Positions 46,772 through 56,073 of a stretch of DNA of 64,000 bases are shown here, in pieces; the first letter of the stretch is position 1, and each line of letters begins with the position of its first letter. The position numbers were made by a program, and so were the translations under genes. Source of the DNA: Prosthecobacter sp. (GTDB lineage: Bacteria > Verrucomicrobiota > Verrucomicrobiia > Verrucomicrobiales > Verrucomicrobiaceae); assembly GCF_034366625.1 (NCBI RefSeq), contig NZ_JAXMIH010000012.1:29358-93357 (forward strand). Direction: 5' to 3'. Under the pieces are notes generated by a model. The model did no database searches and had not been told where the DNA came from. It saw nothing but the letters and a program-made list of their open reading frames with translations.

Positions 46772-48472
46772 TCAGATCGCACGCTCCGCACGCTTGATGG
46801 TTTTCTTGAGCCAGTCACTCTCTTCTTTCCACGGTGCGGCCTGACGCATCTCAGCCACAGTCATGGGCAGGCGGGCGCTCCAGTTGCTGTCGGCGGCGAT
46901 GCCGGGGACGTTGAAGCGGTCTTCCAGGCCGAAGAGATCGGTGAGCATGAAGGCGGCGAAGCGGGCGTTGCTGGTGAGCAGGGCTTCGAGCAGGGCACGG
47001 CGGATGTGGCTGTCGTATTCCGGCCAGTCGGTGCCGGAGGTGAAGCGCAAGCCGGCAAAATCAGCGAGGGAACGCAGTTCTTTGTCAGCGCGCGCCCAGT
47101 CTGATTCATCGCTGCTGTGCGAATCGTGGCGGCGGTGGTCCCAGAGCGTTTTCATCGGCTCGTGGTCGTGCGTGGCATACGTGGTGAAGGCGCAGTTATC
47201 GTAATCACCGCCCATGACCACACGCCCCTGGCTGTCGTTCTCCCATTGGCACACCTTGAATCCGGGAACGTCGAGGCTAAGTAGGTGCGGTCGGACGTAA
47301 TCGGGCACGGTGCCGAGGTCTTCGGCCACCACCTCGGCCTTCCCGGCAGCAGCGAGGATGACGCGCAGGTATTTGTCCCCTTGGACAAGGTTGGTAGCCT
47401 TGTGCTCGGGCGTGTCGTCGTCGTTTTCGATGAAATGAGGCAGGCGGTCGCCGGTGAGGAGCCTGGCTTCTTCATCGGTGAGGTGGCAGAACTCGGCATT
47501 GCGCTGCGGCCGCCAGGGAAAGCTGTAGATGCGGTAGAAGCCGAGGACGTGGTCGATGCGGAAGATGTCGAAGACCTCGGTGAGCTTTTGGGTGCGCTGC
47601 CGCCACCACTGGAAGCCGCCGTGCTCCATGACATCCCAGCGATAGAGCGGGATGCCCCAGTTCTGCCCCCAGCGCTGCACAAAGTAGTCGTCCTTGAAAT
47701 AGGTTTCCGGCGGAGCGCCGCCAGACCATTCGAGATCAAACTGCTCGGGATGAAAGAACACATCCGCACTGCACCAGGAGATGCCGAAGGGGATGTCTCC
47801 CATGAGCTTGATCCCCTTCCCGTTCGCGTAGGCACGCACCTCGCGCCACTGGCTGAAGCAAAGCCATTGCACATAGGCATGGAAGAGAATGCGGTGATCG
47901 ATCTCGTCGGCCTGGGCATCGTCGCGCCAGGCACGGGCCTTGGCGGCGGTGTTGAGGTCTTCCCGCCAGTTCGTCCAATCCTCATGACCGTGCTCTTCCA
48001 TCAAGACGCGGAAGAGACAGAAATCATCGAGCCAGCCGGCTTCCTGCACGCAGAATGCCTCAAATTTCGCCAGCCGCTCCGGCTGAAGCTCGATCTGGCT
48101 GAAGGCACGGCGCAACAGCGTGTTTTTCAAACGGCGCACCTTCGGGTATTCCACCGAACCTTGCCGCAGCAGATCCGCGCGCAAAATGCCGGTGATGCTG
48201 TGGTAGAACTTGTCGTCCAGCTCCGGGATGACGGCGGGAGTGAGTTCGAGCGTGAGGTAGTCCAGCGCGACGGAACTGATGGCATTGTAGGGGCTGCTGT
48301 CGCCACCCGTGGCATTGATGGGCAGGAACTGCACAAAGCCGAGGCTGGTCTCCGCTGCCCAGTCAATGAGCTGCCGCACGCCTCCAGTGTCGCCTATGCC
48401 GAGGTCCTCGGAGGTGCGAAGGGCGAAAACGGGGATGAGAATGCCGGCGCGGCGCGGCTGAATGCTGGGCAT
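46772..48472 (-). CDS. malQ: 4-alpha-glucanotransferase (amylomaltase, GH77)
   Basis: GIGDTG, QFLPIN, SSPYNAISS, LMGDIP, QNWGIP, FRIDHVLGF, VAEDLG, ATHD, FNVPG...NW. Confidence 0.94.
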   Translation of the reverse strand: MPSIQPRRAGILIPVFALRTSEDLGIGDTGGVRQLIDWAAETSLGFVQFLPINATGGDSSPYNAISSVALDYLTLELTPAVIPELDDKFYHSITGILRADLLRQGSVEYPKVRRLKNTLLRRAFSQIELQPERLAKFEAFCVQEAGWLDDFCLFRVLMEEHGHEDWTNWREDLNTAAKARAWRDDAQADEIDHRILFHAYVQWLCFSQWREVRAYANGKGIKLMGDIPFGISWCSADVFFHPEQFDLEWSGGAPPETYFKDDYFVQRWGQNWGIPLYRWDVMEHGGFQWWRQRTQKLTEVFDIFRIDHVLGFYRIYSFPWRPQRNAEFCHLTDEEARLLTGDRLPHFIENDDDTPEHKATNLVQGDKYLRVILAAAGKAEVVAEDLGTVPDYVRPHLLSLDVPGFKVCQWENDSQGRVVMGGDYDNCAFTTYATHDHEPMKTLWDHRRHDSHSSDESDWARADKELRSLADFAGLRFTSGTDWPEYDSHIRRALLEALLTSNARFAAFMLTDLFGLEDRFNVPGIAADSNWSARLPMTVAEMRQAAPWKEESDWLKKTIKRAERAI

Positions 48473-48561
48473 GGAGGAAAAAAGGACGGAATCTGCCAAA
48501 GACGAAATGTTTGATGGTTGTCTGGTGCGATTTAGGTAACTTCGCAAGCGTATAGAGCACG

Positions 48562-49818
48562 ATGCGTTCCCGATTCCTGACGATGCTGTTGTTTTTAACG
48601 ATCTCCGCCGCCCATGCTGCGGAGACGAAGGAGCCACGGGTGATCGATTTCCGCTCGGCACCGCACTCCTACCTGGAATGGAAGCCGAAGGACCGCTTTG
48701 CCGAACTCCAGGAGAAGGCGCTGAAAGGCGAGGTAAAACTCGACACCAGCAACGACAAAGCCTTCCTGACCAGCCTGCTGGAGGCGCTGAACATCCCGAT
48801 CAGCTCGCAAATCATGGTCTTCTCGGCCAGTTCCCTGCAAAGCGAGATTATCAATCCGCGCAATCCGCGCTCCCTGTACTTCAATGAGGACACCTACATC
48901 GGCTGGGTGCCGGGCGGGCTGGTGGAAATCATCGCCGCTGATCCTGAGATGGGACCGATGTTTTATGTGTATGACCGCCTGCGCCCCGGCGGCCCGGTGC
49001 CCAACGTGACACGCTCGACGAAGTGCATGAACTGCCACGCCGGCAATGCGACACGGCGGCTGCCGGGCTTGATCGCGGAATCACTGCTCGTCTCGCGTGC
49101 GGGATCAAGCTTAGAGACATTCCGCCGCGATGAGCAGGGCCATCAGATCCCGCTGGAGAACCGTTTTGGCGGCTGGCATCTGACCGGCGACCACAACATC
49201 TCCAACCACAAGGCGAACGTGATGGGCATCCCGCAAGGCGGGAAAAACGAGATCACCTCGGTGAATCCAGGGCAGTTCTCGGATCTGAGCCTGCACCTGC
49301 TGCCGACGAGTGACATCCTGCCAAACCTGATCAACGAGCATCAGATGGGCTTCGAAAACCGGCTGGTCTATGCGATCTACACCGTGCGGCAGCTCAAGCA
49401 CGAGAACAAAGGCATGATGGGAGCCGCTGCGAAGGCGGAGATTGAAGAACGGGCCCAGGAACTGGCGCGCTACATTGTGTTCGCGGATGAAGCAAAGTTT
49501 CCGAGCAAGGGCATTGTGGGTGATCCCGCCTACATGAAGGATTTCCTGCGCGACCGGAAGATGACGAAGACAGGCTTGTCCTTGAAGGACTTGGACATGA
49601 AGACCCGCATGTTCAAGCACCGCTGCAGCTTCATGCTCTACACCGACACCTGGAAAGCTGCCCCGAAGGAGCTGAAGGAACGCGTCTATTACCACATGGC
49701 CCTCTACCTGCGCGATCAGCCCGATGCGCAGCATGCGCACCTTGCTTCGGCCGAACGGCTGGCGATTCGCACCATCCTCAAGGAGACGATGAGCGATCTG
49801 CCGGCGTGGTGGCGGTGA
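48562..49818 (+). CDS. Uncharacterised secreted protein with one CxxCH heme motif
   Basis: Signal peptide, NPRSLYFNEDTYIGWV, KCMNCHAG, RFGGWHLTG, LINEHQ. Confidence 0.75.
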   Translation: MRSRFLTMLLFLTISAAHAAETKEPRVIDFRSAPHSYLEWKPKDRFAELQEKALKGEVKLDTSNDKAFLTSLLEALNIPISSQIMVFSASSLQSEIINPRNPRSLYFNEDTYIGWVPGGLVEIIAADPEMGPMFYVYDRLRPGGPVPNVTRSTKCMNCHAGNATRRLPGLIAESLLVSRAGSSLETFRRDEQGHQIPLENRFGGWHLTGDHNISNHKANVMGIPQGGKNEITSVNPGQFSDLSLHLLPTSDILPNLINEHQMGFENRLVYAIYTVRQLKHENKGMMGAAAKAEIEERAQELARYIVFADEAKFPSKGIVGDPAYMKDFLRDRKMTKTGLSLKDLDMKTRMFKHRCSFMLYTDTWKAAPKELKERVYYHMALYLRDQPDAQHAHLASAERLAIRTILKETMSDLPAWWR

Positions 49819-49821
49819 CGA

Positions 49822-50763
49822 TCACCGGCTAAGCTCCAGCATCCGCAGGATCGGCTTCTCAGCACGCTGACGCAGGTCTTCAGGCATCTCGACACGCGGA
49901 GTGAGATCACGCAGGCAGTCGTGGAGCTTTTGCAGCGTGTTGAGCTTCATGTAGCGGCAGTCGGCGCAGGCGCAGTGGCCGGTGGGACCAGGAATGAAAG
50001 TCTTGCCCGGCACTTCGCGTTCCAGGCGATGCAGCATGCCGCTTTCTGTGACGATGATGAAGGCGCTGGCCGGGCTGTTGCGGCAATAACCGACCATTTT
50101 TTCCGTGCTGCACACCTCATCGGCCAGCATGCGCACCGCATACGTGCATTCGGGATGCGCGACGACCTTGGCGTCCGGGTATTCGTCTTTGATCTTTTGA
50201 ATGCTGTCGCGAGTGAACTCGACGTGAACATAGCACGCGCCCTTCCAGAGATCCATTTTGCGACCCGTGCGTTCCATGACCCACGAGCCGAGGTTTTGAT
50301 CCGGCACGAAGAGGATTGGGCGATCCTTCGGCGCGGCGGCGACGATCTTGTCGGCATTGCCGCTGGTGCAGATGCAGTCGCTCAGCGCCTTCACATGGCC
50401 GCTGCAGTTGATGTAGGCGATGACGTAGTAGTTTTTGGCCGCGTTCGCCTTCAAGAAAGCCTCAAGCTGCGGTCCGGGGCAGCTTTGCTCCAGTGAGCAG
50501 CCGGCATTCGCATCCGGCAGCACCACGATCTTGCCCGGATTCACGATCTTGGCCGTCTCCGCCATGAAATGCACGCCACAGAAGACGATCACATCCGCTT
50601 CGGTCTCCTTGGCCTTGTAGGCCAGGCCGAGTGAGTCGCCCACATAGTCGGCGATCTCCTGAATGGCGCGATCTTGGTAATTATGCGCCAGGATCACGGC
50701 GTTGCGTTCCTTTTTCAAGCGGCGGATTTCTTCGACGAGGCTGGGGGCGGCGGTGGCGACCAT
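49822..50763 (-). CDS. nadA: Quinolinate synthase
   Basis: ILAHNYQ, VGDSLGL, IVFCGVHFMAETAKI, AGCSL, YINCS, CYVH, AHPEC, CRYMK. Confidence 0.97.
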   Translation of the reverse strand: MVATAAPSLVEEIRRLKKERNAVILAHNYQDRAIQEIADYVGDSLGLAYKAKETEADVIVFCGVHFMAETAKIVNPGKIVVLPDANAGCSLEQSCPGPQLEAFLKANAAKNYYVIAYINCSGHVKALSDCICTSGNADKIVAAAPKDRPILFVPDQNLGSWVMERTGRKMDLWKGACYVHVEFTRDSIQKIKDEYPDAKVVAHPECTYAVRMLADEVCSTEKMVGYCRNSPASAFIIVTESGMLHRLEREVPGKTFIPGPTGHCACADCRYMKLNTLQKLHDCLRDLTPRVEMPEDLRQRAEKPILRMLELSR

Positions 50764-50790
50764 GGTAAAGGAGTAAAACAGACGGGAGCG

Positions 50791-50915
50791 GAAGCAAGAG
50801 GAGCGGTCAAGGAGTCAAGAATTGGTCAAAAGGTCAAGCAGTGGTGTACCATTCGTCATTCATCCTTCGCAGTCTTGCTACGGAGAACGGATTCGACATT
50901 CTTCATTCGGCATTC
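50791..50915. repeat. Short tandem heptamer-like repeats in the nadA/VC0807 intergenic region
   Basis: ggtcaaggagtcaagattggtcaaaaggtcaag, then attcgtcattcatccttc and attcgacattcttcattcggcattcc. Confidence 0.5.
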
Positions 50916-50927
50916 CAAAGTCATAGC

Positions 50928-51647
50928 GTGACCCAAAAACAGCCCCACCCACTCCTTGATCTCGCTCTGACCGTCATTCTGCCCTCTATCGCGCTGGAGA
51001 AGCTCAGCGCACCGGATCGTCTCGGCCCGGCTTGGGCGCTGGTTGTCGCGCTGTTGCTGCCACTGGGATATGGCATCTGGTGCTTCATCAACAAGCGAGG
51101 ATTGAACTTCTTCTCCGTGCTCGGCTTGATCGCCGTCATCGTCACCGGCGGTCTGGGGCTGCTCCAGCTCAATGCGACTTGGTTCGCAGCCAAGGAGGCC
51201 ATGTTCCCCATCTTCCTCGGCATCGCTTTCCCGCTCAGCCATCGCTGGGGCAAACCTCTCGTCAGCGAGATGCTGCTCAATCCGCAGGTCATCAATCAAC
51301 CCGTGCTGCATCAGGCGCTCGACACGCCGGAGAAACATCACGACTTTGCCGTGCTGCTCAAACGCGCCTCCTGGGGCATGGCTGGCACGATGCTCTTCTC
51401 CGCCGTGGCGAATTTCATCCTAGCGCTCTATCTGCTCGGCGACAAAGCACCCGGCAGCCAGGAATACGCCAAGGCCATTGGCCGCCTGAACTGGAGCGGT
51501 TTCTTGGTCATCGGCATTCCCCTCATGGGCGTGACGCTGGCGCTACTGCTCTGGCTGCTGCGTGCCATCACCCGCCTCACCGGCTTGGAACGCGATGATT
51601 TGATGAATCAAGGCACCACCGTGCGAAAGCAGGTGAACAACGGCTAA
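50928..51647 (+). CDS. VC0807-like membrane protein
   Basis: LDLALTVILPS, VALLLPLGYG, WFAAKEA, KPLV..MLLNP, AIGRLNWSGF. GTG start proposed. Confidence 0.7.
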   Translation: MTQKQPHPLLDLALTVILPSIALEKLSAPDRLGPAWALVVALLLPLGYGIWCFINKRGLNFFSVLGLIAVIVTGGLGLLQLNATWFAAKEAMFPIFLGIAFPLSHRWGKPLVSEMLLNPQVINQPVLHQALDTPEKHHDFAVLLKRASWGMAGTMLFSAVANFILALYLLGDKAPGSQEYAKAIGRLNWSGFLVIGIPLMGVTLALLLWLLRAITRLTGLERDDLMNQGTTVRKQVNNG

Positions 51648-51710
51648 ATCAGCGGGCAAAAACCGTTTGCCGAACCGGCACAGGTCATTTATACACTGCG
51701 CCCCGGAATC

Positions 51711-51785
51711 GCGCGATTAGCTCAGTGGTAGAGCATTACCTTGACATGGTAGGGGTCACAGGTTCGAACCCTGTATCGCGCACCA
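51711..51785 (+). tRNA. tRNA-Val (GAC), encoded CCA
   Basis: GCGCGATTAGCTCAGTGGTAGAGCA-TTACC-TTGACAT-GGTAG-GGGTC-ACAGGTTCGAACCCTGT-ATCGCGCACCA. Confidence 0.97.
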
Positions 51786-52890
51786 TCTCCCCTTCAAACA
51801 AGCTGTAGCTTGTACTCCTGCCACCGGCTCCATTTTTCGCCAGCACGCCACGCTCCACGAGCATCTTGATGTCCCGTAGTGACGTGTCTTCCGAGCACTT
51901 GGCGAGCTTGGCGTATTTGGAGGTCGTGAGCTTGCCTTCGAATCCATCCAACAGGCGGTTGATCACCTGGCGCTGTCTTTCGTTCAGCGGCTCCGCGTTG
52001 ATCTTCTCCCATGCCCGCGCTTTGTGCATGACACCGGAGAGCGCCTCGTCGGCGCGCTCAATCGCACGACCCAGGCAGCCGAGAAACCATTCCAGCCAGC
52101 CCGTGACATCGAGCGTGCCGCGTTGAGTGCGTTCGAGCTGGAGATAGTATTCCTTTCGCTCGGCTTCGATCTGCGTGGACATGCTGTAAAAGCGTTCCGC
52201 TGCTCCGTCGGCTCGTGCGAGCGCGAGATCGGCGATGGCTCGACCGATGCGGCCATTGCCGTCTTCAAACGGATGAATGGTGACAAACCAAAGATGTGCC
52301 ACGCCAGACTTGAGCACGGGATCGATACTGATCCGCGCTTCAAACCAATCGAGGAAGGATTGCATTTCGCCTTCCAGCTTTCCGGCAGATGGTGCAACGA
52401 AGTGAACGTTTTCCCGTCCGATGGGACCGGATACAACCTGCATGGCCCCAGCCTCAACCGGACGCCAGGCACCCACGGTGATGCGGTGCATGCCGCTCCG
52501 CCCCGTGGGAAACAAGGCCGCGTGCCAGCCAAACAGTCGCTCACTCGTGAGCGGTTGCGCATAGTTTTGCGTGGCGTCGAGCATCATCTCGACGATGCCC
52601 TCCACGTCACGGCTGGGAATGGCCGTGCCCGCGTATTCCAGTCCGAGGCGGCGGGCGATGGAGGATCGCACTTCCTCAGCATTGAGCTTTTCGCCTTCAA
52701 TCGCGCTCGATTTCACCACATCCGATGTCAGCGTGGTAAGCTGCGCTTCTGTGCGCAGGCGAAAGCCGAGTCCTTCCATCCGGCCCAGTAGCCGCCCTTG
52801 GCGATGCCGTACGTCAGCCAGCAAGGGAGAAAGTTTGGCTTCGTTCCAGTGCAGTTTTGGCCAGTCAGGCTGTTCGTGGATGTATTCCAT
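51736..52890 (-). CDS. Fic family protein (DUF4172-type N-terminus, C-terminal HTH)
   Basis: Canonical HPFEDGNGRIGR; N-terminal QPDWPKLHW; C-terminal GKLTTSKYAKLAKCSEDTSLRDI. Start moved to ATG 52890. Confidence 0.93.
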   Translation of the reverse strand: MEYIHEQPDWPKLHWNEAKLSPLLADVRHRQGRLLGRMEGLGFRLRTEAQLTTLTSDVVKSSAIEGEKLNAEEVRSSIARRLGLEYAGTAIPSRDVEGIVEMMLDATQNYAQPLTSERLFGWHAALFPTGRSGMHRITVGAWRPVEAGAMQVVSGPIGRENVHFVAPSAGKLEGEMQSFLDWFEARISIDPVLKSGVAHLWFVTIHPFEDGNGRIGRAIADLALARADGAAERFYSMSTQIEAERKEYYLQLERTQRGTLDVTGWLEWFLGCLGRAIERADEALSGVMHKARAWEKINAEPLNERQRQVINRLLDGFEGKLTTSKYAKLAKCSEDTSLRDIKMLVERGVLAKNGAGGRSTSYSLFEGEMVRDTGFEPVTPTMSR

Positions 52891-52905
52891 ATTCTCCGCT
52901 CGTTT

Positions 52906-52986
52906 TGCGGTGATTATGCCGCAGATTCCCCGCAGGCGCAATCATTCCCCGCGCTTTGTGCGGTGATTAAAGCGGATTTTCCCCGC
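52906..52986. promoter_or_regulatory. Cluster of repeated GCGG/CCGC palindromic half-sites upstream of the Fic gene (candidate operators)
   Basis: TGCGGTGATTA occurs at 52906 and 52959; TGCGG-N8-CCGCA at 52906-52923; GCGG-N7-CCGC at 52972-52986. Confidence 0.5.
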
Positions 52987-53025
52987 AAGTGCCGTCTGTT
53001 TAGCGTTTTCCTATCCATTTAAATC

Positions 53026-53155
53026 CTCCGGCTTTGGTGGGAAAAGTCTTCCCTTCGCGACTACTTCGTGGGCCGCTACCCCTTCCAACGGGAGGTATCC
53101 CGTAACGCCCTCGGCTCCGCTCACCCCCGCGAGCCATCTCACCTGAAGGCCGGAG
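53026..53155 (+). ncRNA. Candidate structured RNA, unidentified long irregular hairpin
   Basis: By-eye pairing on the + strand: CUCCGGCUUU-GGUGGGA/UCUCACC-(UG)-AAGGCCGGAG, UUCGCG/CGCGAG, GUGGGCCG/CGGCUCCGC, ACGGGA-GGUA-UCCCGU, separated by internal bubbles. Confidence 0.4.
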
Positions 53156-53209
53156 CTTTGGACGGTGATTTCGTCCCTTCAACGCCTGCATCACTCACCA
53201 CACTAACCG

Positions 53210-54646
53210 TCACGCCAGAATCTCGCTCACCACACGCGCCTGCGGATTCTCCACGAGCACCTGTTCGGTGCCGTTGCGCTTGTAGCTGAGCTTTTTGGCA
53301 TCAAGGCCGAAGAGGTGGAGCAGCGTGGCGTGGTAGTCGTAGTGGTTGACCACGTCTTTGACGGCATGGTGGCCGAACTCGTCAGTCTCACCGTGCATGT
53401 GGCCGGCTTTGAAGCCGCCGCCGGCCACCCACATGCTGAAGCCGTAGGTGTTGTGATCGCGGCCGACGGACTTGCGATCCTTGGCACCAGCGCGGTTTTG
53501 AATGACCGGCAAACGACCCATTTCACCACCCCAGTGAACGATGGTGGTGTCGAGCAGGCCGCGCTGCTTGAGATCGGTGACGAGCGCGGCTGCGCCTTGA
53601 TCGACATACAAGCAAGCGGCGGGCAACGAGGTGGAGATGTTGTTGTGGTGATCCCAGGTTTGATTGCCGGTGAACAGCGAGACGCAGCGCACGCCGCGCT
53701 CGACGAGCCGACGCGCAATCAAACAGCGCGTGCCGAACTCGGCGGCAGCGGGATTGTCGAGACCGTAGAGCTTCTTGGTGGCGGCGCTTTCCTGATCAAT
53801 GTTCAGCGCCTCTTTGGCGGCGGTCTGCATGCGGGCGGCAAGTTCAAAACTCTGAATGCGAGCTTCGAGATCGGCCTCGCCAGGACGTGCTTCAAGGTGC
53901 TCGCGGTTGAGGCGTTGGACGAAGTTGAGGTAGCGCGCCTGGGCATCGCCTTTGAGACTCAGCGGGGCGTCGAGATTCGGAATGCGCGGCTCTTTGGGCC
54001 GAATGACAGTGCCTTGATACAGCGAGGGCAACCAACCGTTGCTCCAGTTGTCCACGCCGAGCACGGGCAGGCCGCGAGGATCGGTGAGGGCGACGTAGGC
54101 GGGAAGATCCTGATTTTCAGAGCCAAGGCCGTACGTGAACCAACTGCCGAGCGTGGGTCTGCCGCCGGTGACCTGGCCGTTGAGCAAGGCGTAGATGGAC
54201 TGGCCGTGATTGTTTACGCCAGTGTGCATCGAGCGGATGAGCGTGACGTCATCGGTGATGCGTGAGAAGTGCGGCAGCAGTTCGCTGACATCCATGCCGC
54301 ACTGGCCGTGTTTCTTGAACTGCCACGGACTGCCCATGCACTCGCGACTGGCTCCGGCGGCATCGTCGTATTTGACTTCGCCGGGGAAATCCTTGCCATC
54401 GAGACGGGTGAGTTCGGGCTTGGGATCAAACAGATCCATGTGGCTCGGCCCGCCCTGCATGAACATCGAGATCATCGCCTTCGCCTGCCCAAATCCATGC
54501 GGAGCTTTCGGTTTGAGATCGAAATGACGGGTCGCCGCCTGCTCGCTGGTGGCGAGGAGGTTTTGCTCCTTCAGCAGCGTGGCCAAAGCGATGCCACCGA
54601 TGCCGTAGCAGGAACGGTTGAGGATGGAGCGGCGGGTGTGCAGCAT
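53210..54646 (-). CDS. DUF1501 domain protein (Tat signal)
   Basis: TRRSIL, AKAMISMFMQGGPSHMDLFDPKP, GGEMGRLP, GRDHN. Confidence 0.94.
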   Translation of the reverse strand: MLHTRRSILNRSCYGIGGIALATLLKEQNLLATSEQAATRHFDLKPKAPHGFGQAKAMISMFMQGGPSHMDLFDPKPELTRLDGKDFPGEVKYDDAAGASRECMGSPWQFKKHGQCGMDVSELLPHFSRITDDVTLIRSMHTGVNNHGQSIYALLNGQVTGGRPTLGSWFTYGLGSENQDLPAYVALTDPRGLPVLGVDNWSNGWLPSLYQGTVIRPKEPRIPNLDAPLSLKGDAQARYLNFVQRLNREHLEARPGEADLEARIQSFELAARMQTAAKEALNIDQESAATKKLYGLDNPAAAEFGTRCLIARRLVERGVRCVSLFTGNQTWDHHNNISTSLPAACLYVDQGAAALVTDLKQRGLLDTTIVHWGGEMGRLPVIQNRAGAKDRKSVGRDHNTYGFSMWVAGGGFKAGHMHGETDEFGHHAVKDVVNHYDYHATLLHLFGLDAKKLSYKRNGTEQVLVENPQARVVSEILA

Positions 54647-54686
54647 GATGCTCTAACCTACGGGCAAAAGGCACACATTCTTCCCA

Positions 54687-56030
54687 CTAGGCCTTCGCCA
54701 CGCTGCGCACGGTGCCGTTGGCGAGACGCGTGAGCAGTTCATCGCCTGCATGAACGTCGGCAGCGTCTTTGAGCACGCATCCATCCGCATTCGTGGTGTA
54801 GGAGAAGCCGCGGGCGAGGACGGCATCAGGGCCGATGTGCTGCATGAGTTCGTGACGCGATTGCACGCGGTCGGAAAGGCGGTCGAGACGATGCAGCAGG
54901 CTTTGACGCAGCCGCTGGGCACAGGTTTCAGCGCGATGCACGGCCTCGCTGAGTTGCACGCGAGGATGATGCGCGGTGAGAACGTGCTGCTTCTGCGTGA
55001 GATCATCGGTCCACACCTGCAACTGCTCGCGCACAGCGTCGCGCAGACGGGATTCGTGATCGTCGATGCTTTGCTCGGCCTGCTGGAGCAAACGCTCCGG
55101 CGCATGGAGCAGCGGGCCTTTGGCGGTGAGGTCGATGATATGCTGATGATGATCAAGCAGCGTGCCGACTCGGGCTTTCAGCGTGCGGGCGATGCTTTCA
55201 AAGTGCCGCTGCAACTCGGCGCTGTCGGGAGCGAGCAATTCAGCGGCGGCGCTGGGCGTCGGAGCACGCAGATCGGCGACGAAATCGGCGATGGTAAAGT
55301 CGATCTCATGTCCGACAGCAGAGATGATCGGAATGGGACATGCCGCGATGGCGCGGGCGAGCACTTCTTCGTTGAAGCACCATAGGTCTTCCAAACTGCC
55401 ACCACCACGGCCCACGACGATCGTGTCCGGCACAGGCAGGCCGAAATTTTCGGCATCACCGAGCACTTTGAGAGCGCGGACGATCTCCAATTCGGCCCCC
55501 TGCCCTTGCACACGCACAGGAAACACGAGCACACGCACCCATGGCGCCCGGCGCGTGAGGATGTTCAACATGTCCTGGATCGCCGCTCCGGTGGGCGAGG
55601 TGACGAGCGCCACGACACGCGGGAAGCGCGGGATGGGACGTTTGTTTTCTTCATCAAAGAGTCCCTCGGCATGCAGTTGGCGCTTCAGAGCTTCGAAGCG
55701 CTCCTGGAGCGAGCCTTTGCCCTTCGCCTGCACCTGCTTGACGACCATCTGATACTGGCCGCGTGTCTCATAAACGCTGATCTCGCCATGCACCTGCACG
55801 AGGGCGCCGTCTTGCAGGCGTGTGGTGCTGCGGGCGGCGGCCCCACGAAAAAAAACGCACGAGAGCTGCGCGCCGGCGTCCTTCAGCGTGAAGTATTGAT
55901 GGCCGGAAGATTGCAGGCGGTGGTTGCTGATCTCACCCTCGACCCAGACACTGCCGATGTGGCCCTCCAGCACCTCGCGAATCTCGCGCGTGAGCTGGGT
56001 GACGGAGAGGACTTCGCTGTCTTCGGGCAT
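54687..56030 (-). CDS. xseA: Exodeoxyribonuclease VII large subunit
   Basis: LSVTQL, VWVEGEISN, SGHQYFTLKD, TSPTGAAIQD, GRGGGSLEDLWCFN, SAVGHEID, PTPSAAAE, VLARGFS. Confidence 0.97.
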   Translation of the reverse strand: MPEDSEVLSVTQLTREIREVLEGHIGSVWVEGEISNHRLQSSGHQYFTLKDAGAQLSCVFFRGAAARSTTRLQDGALVQVHGEISVYETRGQYQMVVKQVQAKGKGSLQERFEALKRQLHAEGLFDEENKRPIPRFPRVVALVTSPTGAAIQDMLNILTRRAPWVRVLVFPVRVQGQGAELEIVRALKVLGDAENFGLPVPDTIVVGRGGGSLEDLWCFNEEVLARAIAACPIPIISAVGHEIDFTIADFVADLRAPTPSAAAELLAPDSAELQRHFESIARTLKARVGTLLDHHQHIIDLTAKGPLLHAPERLLQQAEQSIDDHESRLRDAVREQLQVWTDDLTQKQHVLTAHHPRVQLSEAVHRAETCAQRLRQSLLHRLDRLSDRVQSRHELMQHIGPDAVLARGFSYTTNADGCVLKDAADVHAGDELLTRLANGTVRSVAKA

Positions 56031-56073
56031 GATGCGCGTCATTTGGCGCAGATGCTGGCAAAGTCCAGCCGCG

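Noticed and set aside
51786-53210. attL/attR duplication of the tRNA-Val 3' end bounding an island
   Set aside because: No second copy of the tRNA 3' sequence was found (only a short CCATCTC match near 53134), so island limits cannot be defined.
53068-53289. 73-aa + strand ORF over the candidate RNA
   Set aside because: No recognisable motif, low-complexity composition, and it overlaps the DUF1501 3' end.
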